64,000 nucleotides of DNA from Phallusia mammillata (Eukaryota), in NCBI GenBank assembly GCA_965637545.1, contig OZ281501.1:16678001-16742000 (forward strand), written 5' to 3'. The first letter of the stretch is position 1. Every line of letters starts with the position of its first letter. Shown piece by piece: positions 12,001-24,000 of the stretch. Made by a program: the position numbers and the translations under genes. The notes below the pieces were generated by a model. That model had not been told where the DNA came from, searched no databases, and was given only the letters and a program-made list of their open reading frames with translations.

Positions 12001-15000
12001 TCGTAATGCACAACACACCCATCTTCCACCTCTTGCCACGTTGAGTCGAACTGAAAAAAATAAAACATTTTAAAATATGTTCACCTATGTTGTGTATCTA
12101 TGTTAACACAAAATCTTGTTGTGTTTGCAATTTTAGTTGTCCTAGTTTTGAAATGGTCGTAAATTCGGATGTTACATTTTTAATTTCTACATATAGCGCC
12201 ATGATGGGGTAAAGAAAACAACACGTTTGTTGTTGTTTTTCCGGCAAAGCAAAAATGTGTTTTAACAAAAGACAGAACATAACCTCGCCTAAGAGGACAA
12301 ACGTGGGTGACTTTTGTTGTTAATTTTTACTTACCGGTTGAACACTTCCGTCAGGCAGGAAACAGTCATTACACAGTGAGGTGTTACAACAATTCTCTTC
12401 AATCAAAATGTAGCCTTCTTTCTCTTCAACAGATGGACACGGAATTACCGAAGGTTCGAAACATTCATCGTGAGATTTTGAATGGTGCTTACACTCGTAA
12501 TTTGTGCATCCACTGCCACCACTCTTTGTCGCATTCCAACTTTCGTGAAGTTTGTGGGGGTTTCCATTGTTATCAAAACACACAAAGCATGGGCATACTC
12601 TTTCGGTACAATTGCACTCATTTGGGTATTCATATACATCGTAATGCTCCGGGCATTTTGCCGGTTCTTGGCATGCTTTGCAAACGCAGTCATAAATTGG
12701 ACAGCACTGTCCCTCCACCTGTGTAATAGTGAATTCCTTTTTGGAATTGTTTTGACACTTTTCCCATGCCTCTTGATATCCATGACAAATGGTTTTGTAT
12801 TCTTCAGAATCGTTGAGGCAAACGCATTTAGAATGAGCGCACACCGAACCTTCAGCAGGTACAACGATTGATTTTTCACCAAGAAAACATTCTGCTTGAG
12901 ATGGTATATAATCGGGGTTGCAACCTAAAAATAATACAAAATTTTAACTTCTCTGTTAACAAAACCTAACGGTTTGGACGTTACAAAAACGGAAAGCTTA
13001 CAACATGTGTAGTTTGCACAACATTGATCACTTGATTCAACTTCACACAGTTTCTCGTCTTCTCTGCAGCTTGGCACAGTACATTCTTTGCAACCTTAAG
13101 AAATAAAATACAGAACATCCCGATTTTTATCAGAGGCGTTTTTAATCCAACTTAGTAAGATAATAAAGTCTGCACCACATTCATATGCAGCATAAGTCTT
13201 TTCCAACACATATTCGATTCAATTAGTACAGTTACTGCATTCAAATAAAAACGAACAGGTTTTAACAGTGGGTCTTCACGCGGTCATTTAGGTGTTGTTA
13301 TTTAGCTGACAAAAATGTTAAGTTAAAATTGTTTTGATTACATTACGCTAGGCCCATTGAAGGCTCCATACCGAATGAGCCGTTCACCTAGCATTCACCA
13401 TCATATGACGTAGAAAAAGAGGTTTACCAAAAACCCACGGTGGAATTTGAGCCCACGTCAGGATTTTTTGCGGGACTCGCGCGTTCGGCGATAAAAATCG
13501 CATTAACCCATAGGCCAGAAACAGCTGTAGATAAATGTTTATTGCGCTGGACCTTCACTACAAAGCATTTATGTGACAGGGTGAGCACATTTGAGTCAGG
13601 AAGATACATATTGATACTTACATTCAATTGGCACACACTCATTGGAACCTGCTGTCTTTAAAACGTAGCCGTCTTGACAGAAACACCCACTGCTAGGCGA
13701 GTTGTCAACACACATCGGATTCTTGTAGTTATCGCAAGTTAAAGTCATTGCACATTTCGGCTCACATTCCCTGTATTCGTAGCCTTCGTTGCAAGTTGTT
13801 TCTAAAAAGAAAGCGAGACATTTTAAACAGGCCGAAACATGTATGACATGAAATCGCTTTTCTTTAATGAAGCATATGAACTGCTGATAAAGCAATGTGT
13901 CCAGTTTGGAAAAAAACATTACCTGGGCAGTTAGCAGCTTCTTTCCATTTGACGCAAATTCCTACAGCCTTGCATCTAGTCGCCAAGGTTTCGATTGCAC
14001 TTGAGTTACAAGCGTTGCACTGCGAATGCAAAGATATTGATTTTAACTTTTGCAATTAAACATGGCCGTATTTTCCCTTTCAAACATAATTGGTTTAGGG
14101 TTTAGGCGTTCTACGTTTGTGTGATTTTTTTGTAGCGCAGGCGTTCGACTTTTTATAAAAAACCTAGAAGCATTTTCAACGTTTTTTTTAAGTAAAATTT
14201 TAAACCTTTTCGAGTTTTCTAGAACAAACTTTCGGCTTACAATATTTTCGTTCAAAAATGCATTTGTAACCGCAACAAACGCGGTTTAAATTTACCGTGC
14301 TTCTTCCTTCCATACAGTTCAAAAGTGCATCCATTTCACAAGGTTTTCGCATCAACATCAGATCAACAACATTCGAACATTCATTCCACACTGGCGATGA
14401 CATAAAACTACAAGTTGTATTGGCGCATTCACAACATCCGTCTTGTAGTCCGCCCGTCGTATATCTGCACCAAATAAGACAATACTTCGTTTGCTTCTTG
14501 TCTATCTTGTTGAAAGTGTTCCACATAAAGCAACCCAGTCAATTTACTTGTTGATGATGTGCTATAGTTGTTTGAACCAAAGTTTGTTATTTTTGAAGGA
14601 TTAACCTTAAATATGTATAGGAAATGAAACTTTTAACGCATGCTCTGTTTGATGTTTTGAGGAGCTACACTAGGTATAGGTAGTTAAATTCTAGTTTCAA
14701 TATTCCATTCCTTATCTCCTTGACGTAATTTGATTCGAGGCAACGGACACAATGACAAATGACACATACAACCTATTCTATATACGTACGTGGTTGTGGT
14801 GCAGTTTGGAGGTGGGTGAACAATGTCCCTTATACAAATTTCAAAGTCGTCCTCGTCCTCTTGGTCGACAAACCAGCTCATACCGAATTCGGTAGCATTG
14901 GTTGTCATGATTTGGTTTCTCATTTCCATATCATCAGAGTAGTCTTCTGAGCACGTTCCTGAGATAAAAAAATAACTGCCCCTATCAAAACGCCGCATAA

Positions 15001-18000
15001 GCATTCTCTGTCGGTTAGGTTTGAGCGACACAAATGATAGTGTGATATTAAATCTAAAAACAGAAAAATTGTTTGTGTTTTACACGCACCTAACCTTAAT
15101 CTTTATTTTGTTGTAAGAACAGCATGAACGGTTGCAGTACTTACCACAAAGACCGACAGTTTGGTTGAAGAATCTTTCCCTTGGCAGTATCACGCGCACA
15201 ATGGGATACCACATAATATCAAGAAAAGACACTTGCAATTGAATTTCCGGGACTAATACATCCACTGCATCTCCGGTTTTTAGTATTGTTATTCCGTTAC
15301 CATTCCAAGGTAGCTGAGGTACCGCGGTATCGTTGACAAAAACCTTAAAATGGAGTTTATAGCAGTTTTAAGTTCTTGTACAATTTTAACCAAAAGGTAA
15401 TCGCGGTCGTGAATATACAAAGGCTGACCAAAAACACAAACAAACAAACAAACTTTAATTTCAACCCAAGCTCCCAAGCTTCGATTTAAGAGACTAGATG
15501 AAAACACCTCTACCCCAATGACAGTAACGCCATAATAATAAAACATATTTCTTTCAACATTGATAATATTGGCATTTTTTACAATGGGCATTTAAAAAAT
15601 ATAACTACAACAATTTTTACAATTAGATTACCGCTGGGTTGATGTGCTGACCCTCGACTTGACGCACTGCCACCACAGTTCCCTCCCATTCCACGAAAAG
15701 ATTCTTCACACAAGAAACCTCGGAAGGAAAATACTTGCATGCCGAGTTGTCACTGCAAACCAATAACATAAATTTTATGGGCCGCTTCCACCAAAAATTA
15801 AACGCTTTACATGGAACCAAACAACTAAACGTTTTTGGTTGAATTTTTTCTCGCATACATCAATCAGGCTTTTATTTTAAACCATTTTTACGCGACCCTT
15901 TTTTTCTTTTCCAGAGCATTAAACGTTTTCATTTTCCGAATGAGCTATTACTCTTTAATAAACTTTACTCTTTAATACTTATAAAATGTATAAAAATATA
16001 TAAAATGCGCATTTTTTGAATATTTTAGTAACTACCACTACCTCTTATTAACAGAATTTTTAGCTCTTCCGGCAGTTTTTTATTGTAATATGCCAACGTT
16101 TCGATGTCCCATACGAAACACCTTCATCAGGGTAATGACATACAATGCAAACACAAGTTATTATAAAGCGAAAAGGGCGGCGAAACACACACAAAAAAGG
16201 CTACCTCTGAAAGAATTACTTACGTGTAAACGTGAAAACGATCTGACGTTCTTTCTTTCACTAATGTGTAGATACACTTGCCCATGAAGTTGTAGAATTG
16301 TCCGTCGAAAGTCATGTAATGTGGGTCACCGTATGCATAACAATCACCTAAACATAGGGTTGAAGCTATCTTACACAATCTTACACTCCGGGAAAAGTTA
16401 TGTGTATGATTTTGCTTGTACAAGAAGGAGTTAGAAAAATAAATAGGTGTGTGTTAAGTGATCCAATCGCTCGTCCAAATTTGTGTTTAGTTTTTAGGTC
16501 AGTTTTTCTTTAAATTATACGTATTGCGTTTAAAGGTAAACGCATTTGTATATCGTCAAATCTTCGGAATACTAACTAGAAACGAATAGTATCTTAAGTG
16601 AAAATGAAACTGACTTAAACACACTATTTTTAAAGCTGGCATTGTACTTACATGGGCATTCGTATTCGGGACAGCACGGGTCCTCCGGATTATCAATCAT
16701 CATGGGTTCCAAATTTCGGGGACAACTAGGTTTACCCTCACGGGAGCATGTCGGTGCAATATCTTCCGCAGTACATCGACAACCGTCGCAAACACATGTT
16801 TTAGGTTGGCAAGTTTCTTGGTTCCAGGTTTCACCCTCCTAAAGAAGTAACGTTTTATTGCTTTGTCTCTCTGGTGCATTATGATATTTGAAAGTGATGT
16901 TTTAACGTTCTCAATACATTTAACTAAACAGTGAACCTGTTTACAAAGGCATCATATATCAGATCTTCATGGAAACTTCATGGAATCATGAAAGCGCATT
17001 GCCGAGAAACAGATTGTTTATAAGTTTAATAGTGAATAATGATATCACTGATGATGGGATGAGCATTTGCCGAAACGTTAAAGCGTTTTTTTTTTTTGAA
17101 AAAAAACCCATAAACCTAAAAGCTTCTCCTCTGGTATTACAGTAAGTAATATAATTTACCCCGTAGTGTCGTCCGTTGTCTACACACTTGGCTGCGCAGC
17201 AGTTCACTTTACAGCAGTCGTTGGTATGGGTGTGATTTATAAGCATTTGTTCAGTGACGGAACATGACGACGGGCTCCATGGGCATTTGGATTCGTTGCA
17301 AGTACAGCTGTAAAAAAATATTGCTACAACTTACTTTAAATCATCTTCACGTTACGTTAAGCTAATCAAAAACATATGTTTGTCATTTTGGCAAATGGAG
17401 AAACTTTGGATGTAACATGCAAAGGTTAACGGTTTTGATATGTTTCTTTTGACATGGAAGTTTAGCAAAATGCCATACATAAAAGCACATAAATAAAGCA
17501 CAAGTTACTTGTTGTCATAGCAACAATTGTCGGTTTGGTATTGAAATTCGTCTTCATAGTATTCACAGGTTTGCTTTGGAGGGCAACGCGATCTCTTGTT
17601 GTCCCTTACACCGATGGTGGGGCACCCCTCGCCTGAATCTTTGTAACACGACTACAACAACAAAGGTTGTCAGTTGAAGCTTAATAGAGGTAGGTATGAA
17701 TTAGGGACAATGGTAAAGTTAGGTTTTAAATTTAGTTATGCTGGGTATTAACTGTTTTCAAAATAAGTCAACTTTTACAAAATTTAGTAGGTGTCATATT
17801 GTTTTTAGTGATAGAAAGTCTAAGCGGACAACATGTACATTTTTGTTACCTGTCTGACACAAAGGGGGTCATGCGGTGCATTCCATGACTCTCCTTCAGC
17901 ATGATGTACTCCATTGTCGTCCGTACAGTGAGTACAAGAACAAACGTGTTCCTCACAACACTGGTTCAACTTACCCACCTGTACGTTTATTAACAGATTA

Positions 18001-21000
18001 ACGATGGGTAAATATATGAAGTGCTGGACCTTGTTTTTTGATAACTGTGTATTTGTTGGAAGCATGAATCAATTATGGTTTGTACTGTATTCAGTCGCAA
18101 CGTTTTCTTCCTGTAAGTGTAATCAGTTGCTTATTCAAAAAGATTCAAATGAAGTCTAGATTAGGTGCAAAATTGTTCCTAGACAACGTCAAGTTCTCTT
18201 TAAATCCGTAATCGATAATAAGTTTTCAATACCGATCAAAAACTAGTGAAATACATATTACGAAAAAAATATACCGGTCGAATATGTTTGACATTTGGTT
18301 ATAGACACTGGTGTTTTGAATCTTGCCATGAGCTCCAATGTTTTTCGGTGAATACAACTTGACCACAAATATTTCAGTTCCACACTAACATCACATGTGG
18401 TCACTTGGGTTCAAAATCTTACCGTTTGTTTTGTGTTGGGCAACTCGCACGTAACGTTTTCGCACTTCGGATAATCGCAAACACATCGGTACGAATCACA
18501 GCACGATCCGTTACTAAATGATTCCACCTAAAATAAAATACATAGATATAAATAGGCTTTTTGGACACTATATTAAGAAAGTATAACTGGTGCAACGTTC
18601 CATTCGTTTTGTAGGTTACTAAATCAGTTTTATTCTTACCTTAGTTTGCCAGTACGATCTTATTCAAATAGAATCCAACGATTAAACACGATGATTACAG
18701 ATATAAAACACACACAAAAATCTAGCCACACCACAAGACAAACAGGCGACAACCTCACGTAATCTCGACTCCAAAACTTAAACACAGAAATCATAATCGC
18801 TGCTACTGGTAATATGTAATTGCTAGTTCGTCATTTAGTGTGTAACCTGGAGGTCACCATTAGAGCAGTATACAGCGGGTATTCATGACATATACTTGAA
18901 AACTAAGTAAACACAAAATTGCCATTAGGTATCATCGATCATAATCAATTTAGAAAAATCGAAACTGGAACTGCAATCTTGACCAACCTTTTTATAAGAT
19001 TCGCATTTAAGACTACTTCCATCATCAGGACATTGCACATGAGTGCATTGGTAAGTGTTGCAACACGTGGAATTGGCACAAGCCGCCTCTGAAGTACCGT
19101 CAGCGGGAGTGAGTATCACAGGTTCATAACAATCTTGGCAAGGTTCCGGCGTCGGACAGGTTGCAGGGTTACATACTGAAACATAAATTGTGTGTCATTT
19201 CTAAAGTTGATCGAAAGGGAATAGATCGTTTACACATTTTAATGCAGTTTTCGAAATGCATACATGATTTGCTTTGCAACAACTGTTACTGCTTTAGCAA
19301 CTCTTATGGACTTTCGTAATTAAATCATCGTATGTGCACTGTAGATAAATCTTTGGGAGGTTTTAAAAGTGACTACAATACATTTTGTGGTTGTGTTACT
19401 CGTTAAGCTACTGCAGTGTTTAATCAAAATTCATGTACATAAAAAAACAATATCAACCATCTGTAAATTTTTTGAATAACAATCTGTAATATTTTTTCTG
19501 TAGGGCTATGTTTGAAGTTAATAGGTTTGTTGGAAACCGCTCCTGCACAACTAACCCACTTACCGCATGTGCTATCGATTGCGCAGTCGCACTTGTGGTT
19601 TGATTCTTCCGAACATCCAGGCGCATTGCACTGTTCTCTATCCACACAATGAGAGTCATTGCCTGGACAAATACATTCCGCCTTCTTGCAAGTTATGCCT
19701 CTTTCCGTTACCGTGGTGATGTTCTTGACCATCGGGTATTCACATTCCAGGCTTTCTGCAGCTTCTGGGTCGTGCTCGGAATTGCATTCTGTCAAAAACA
19801 ACTATTTTAATGTTGTTTAATGTACATATGTGCAGTCATCCTTTAAGCTAGGCTATGTAAAGCGCGACTCTTAGTGTTAATGTTTTAGATTCTTACTACG
19901 CATTTTTTGACCAGTAACATCTTTAACCCACAAAGTCAAATCAACAGGTACAAAGTGTAGGTTACAAACCACTTAGCACGTATCAACAATTTCTTGAGGC
20001 TGAAATGTATCAAGGTTGTTCTTAACAATTCTCCATGCCTATAGTTGCTAACCGGTGGAAATTTCTCACCAGTGGGAAATTATAAACGGTCGGAGGGAAA
20101 TAGTTTAAGTCAATGACACCAAAATTTCACAAAAACATTGTCACAAAAATAACCGGGAGGAATTTGAATTTGGTAATGGGCTTTAGTGGAAAATTACACC
20201 TAAAAGGTTAAGAAGCACTACTTTAAACCGAAAATATATCAACATATCCATAGCTTCTATTTGCACTTTCTATGCGAGCTAACTGAAACCAGTTACTCAC
20301 GGCAGTTGAGTTTATCGCAGCATCCCCCATGTGTTGTTTTAACGCTCGGTCGCTTGTCAGTGAAAAAGGGGCAGATTTCTTGTGGACAATTATAGTCGGC
20401 TGACGAAGCGTTATAGCATTCACCATTACTCACGCAAGTGTAGTTTGTGCAATCGTGAATCCAGTTTTGTCCAGGTAACTGTATTGAATGTAATAAGAAA
20501 GTCGGTGGAGGGACGCATGTAAAGAACAAACTACTTTGTTAAATTTTATCCATATAACTCAAAAATATTACTGGAGACTTTAATAACTAAATATACTGGG
20601 TGACCCCAAAACTCTTTTTACAGAAAAGTCTTTTGGACAAAATGCTGAACTGCATGATACTTAGTTTAAGAGTGACACTACTTCATTAAGTTAAGAGTTA
20701 TTAGTCACAAAGAAATTGTGCACTCAAACATTTGTACAAGCAAATTCTAACCTTGGTTTCGTTGTTGAAAACGCAGTAACGACACTCACATTCAAACGTT
20801 GGACAGCATTCTCCAGGCCTAGCTGGGACTTGAATCTGTAACAAATTAAACTGACTTGTAAAAACAGTAAAGCTAGAGTAAATTGTCAAGATGGCCGAAG
20901 AGGATTAGCTCAAATGCTCATGTTTACAAGGTTGAGGGATGCAATCCTGTCTTAGCCATCGTGTTTCTCTGATTGAGAAGGTTAAGGCGATTTTACTGCA

Positions 21001-24000
21001 AACCATGGGAATAGGATGGTTTATTAAGTAAAGGCACTAACCATCAAATGCAAAAAATCAAATACTAAATGATTTAACAGACTTGTATTAAAAGTGGAAG
21101 TTTTGCTCGGTTGAAGATAAAAAATAAAACAAGCATACAAAATGCAATATCTATAAAAATGTACCAAAGCATACAAAAGTAGTAGCAAATTGATACTGGG
21201 GGTCTTTCTCTATTCTGTTACCATTCTTGTGACGGTTTCCACCTTTCATATTATAACTTATATCACAAGTTTGGAAACGTCAATTTCCAGGCTTAAATCA
21301 GTTATTTATCTGTATATATATACAGAACAAATATATTTCGTTAGTGAAAGCATCTTAAGTGTCTAAAAAGACAACACACAACTTACACATACCCATAAAA
21401 CGTATCTGTTTTCAGGTTTGTTACGATGACAAGCTTACTTTTTCTTCGTGTTGTTCACATTCTACGTCACTTCCGTCATCACACGGTAACAGCTCACACC
21501 TGAACTCGGGACAACATGTGTTGTTTAAACATGATTCTTCACTTCCACTAATGCCACCACTGAATGTCGTAATAGCTTTGGAGCAATTGCCGCAATCCTG
21601 TGGGCCTTGGCATCTCTTTAGGTCACACCCTAAAACAAACGTGGTTTTAAGGTAACTGTTGGCACTCCTATATTGAACTGATGTTACTGAAATATTTGGT
21701 GTGTAATTCTAGTACGTATAAAAGGCTGGTAACTTATGTACATAAAGACGCTAAGGAAAAATTCACATACATAAGGTTAACCTAAGAAAAGTTCACATAT
21801 ACAGGGTTAACCTAAAAAAGTTCACATACACAATGCTAATCTAAGTAAAAAAAAGTGTTAAGCCAGGAATAGCTCATATACACAAGGTTAACCTAAGAAA
21901 AGTTCACATACAGACAATTGAAAAGAGATGTCCTTCGCTTATGGTGGCGTTTTTTCGTTCTTATTGTAATAACATTGTATGCCAACACTCAAACACTTTT
22001 TGAAAGGTGGCTGTTGCGTTAAGTAGTCCGTAATTAGCCGAAGTCGGATATAGATACGGTTGGACTCTTTTTTATAACTTTAAAGCTAGGTACTTACTAC
22101 ACGTGCTGTCAACAACGCAGCCACAGCCCATGTTCATATCTTCGTGGCATCCAAGAGTTGTACAGTTGCTTCGTTCCACACAGTGACTTTCGTCAGTTGG
22201 ACAAACGCACTCCGATTTCCGGCACGTCAACTCGTTAAAGTCGTAATAGGTTGTGTTAAGCACTTTCGGGTGCTGACAAGTTACAGAAGCATCAAGTGCA
22301 GGGTCGTATTCCGGTTTGCATTCTGTGTAAAAATACGAACAGTTTTTGTGTTGAGCTGTTGCAAGTTAAATGACTCGACGTAATTCGTTACCCTAAAACA
22401 ATTAAACAATAAACTAATAAATATAAACTTAACAATACTTTTCTGGCAAATATATTGTTTGGGTAATTTAACATGATGATGGTGACTTGATTAGGACATT
22501 GTAACGTTGGTGTAAATAACACATTTACCAGAAGTCGTTTAGAGTAAATTTTGTGTCTGGCAGCCACAACAACTGATTGTACATTAAGCTACGTTTATAT
22601 TAAATCTTCAGCATTAAAGTTTTGAAGAAATTACCATTAAAAACACTGCTAAGCCACCCATAACGTACCACAATATGTTTGTTCGCAACATTCTCCTCCC
22701 GTTTTGTTTGTGTCCTGGGGAATTTTATCGGCGTAGAATGGACATTCGCGTGACAGACATTCATGAGGTGAGCTTACTACTTCGTAACAGCCATCACCAT
22801 CGCTTACACATGTGTAATTAGTACATCCTTCTATCCAAGTTTCATTTTTTTCCTGAACATAAAAAGCAAACAAACTTGTAAATTGAATTACTTTTATTTG
22901 AATTAAATTAGGTTGAACAAGGCGGTGATTTTCTTCCTTTTAAAGCTTACAGCTACTAAAACATTGAAATTCTGTTTGCCCACAAGTTTTAAAACGTTTA
23001 ATTTGTGGCACAACCACTTGCTATTTTTATGGTTTCTTTACGCATTTAAAAACAATGAATATATGATATGTGCTTCTTACCATTCTTTTCCCTTCGTGTG
23101 AACAGCTGTCGCACACACATACTGGACAGCAATCTGTACTGACGGTAGCAGGTTTTTCATTTACTGCGCATGTTTTCTCAGGGCAGGTTACATTGGAGCA
23201 GTCGTAACATTCACAACAAGTCGCTTCAATCGTGTATTCGGACGAGATGCGATCGGGCTGCGAAAAATGTAACTAGATTTAACACACGTAAACGCGTTGC
23301 TTGTTTCCGCCGATAATTTCGGCAAAATTTTACTTTCTGAATCAAGTAACGTTTTGATTTTATATGTTAACGAAATGAGCACCGCAACTGGGTTAAAAGG
23401 TAAAGTTAGTGTTCTTAAACATTTGAAAACCAAAAGACTGGAAAAAAATGGAAAACTTACGTTTTCAAGAAGAAATAATCCTTCGACATAGCTACATTTG
23501 CTTCCAGGAAAGCCCTTTTTGAAGTCTTTAATTCCCGGGTATTTGCAAGAATAGTTGAAGAGCTCACGGCCCATTGCAGGACAGTTTACTGCATTGATTA
23601 CTTCTTGTGTCGTCATCACAGATGCGGTTGGATGAACCAAAGATATTGAACAATTTGCCTTTAAGCCAAGCTTGCATTCTAACGATAATTTTGCGTTAGT
23701 AGCGGAATGTAGTGAAGTCTCTTTTAACCACATCTTATGAAGGCCTCGTTGAAGATTATTTAACTTTAAATGCCATGTTGGGTTGTTTTCCGACCTTGCT
23801 GCTGTAGTTTTAGGTACTTACTGGGTTCCGTTCTGGGGTTTATAGTCTCACCGCAATCACAACTTTCAGGTGGCATACAAGATTTTGTTGCGGAATTGTA
23901 CACTTCGCCGTTTTCACAACTAGCAGAAAAGCATATGGTAAATTACAATATTTGTTCGATATCTTTTTGATTTTACTTTTGAGCCAGTTCCCTGTGGTTT

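Noticed and set aside
18060-18420. Conserved intronic stretches resembling exons
   Set aside because: In-frame stops or incompatible phases. Exon 18423 joins 17978 cleanly.
20884-20970. GTCAAGATGGCCGA... tRNA-Leu-like start (also ~61780)
   Set aside because: No B-box or cloverleaf; at most a SINE or tRNA relic. Not reported as a tRNA.
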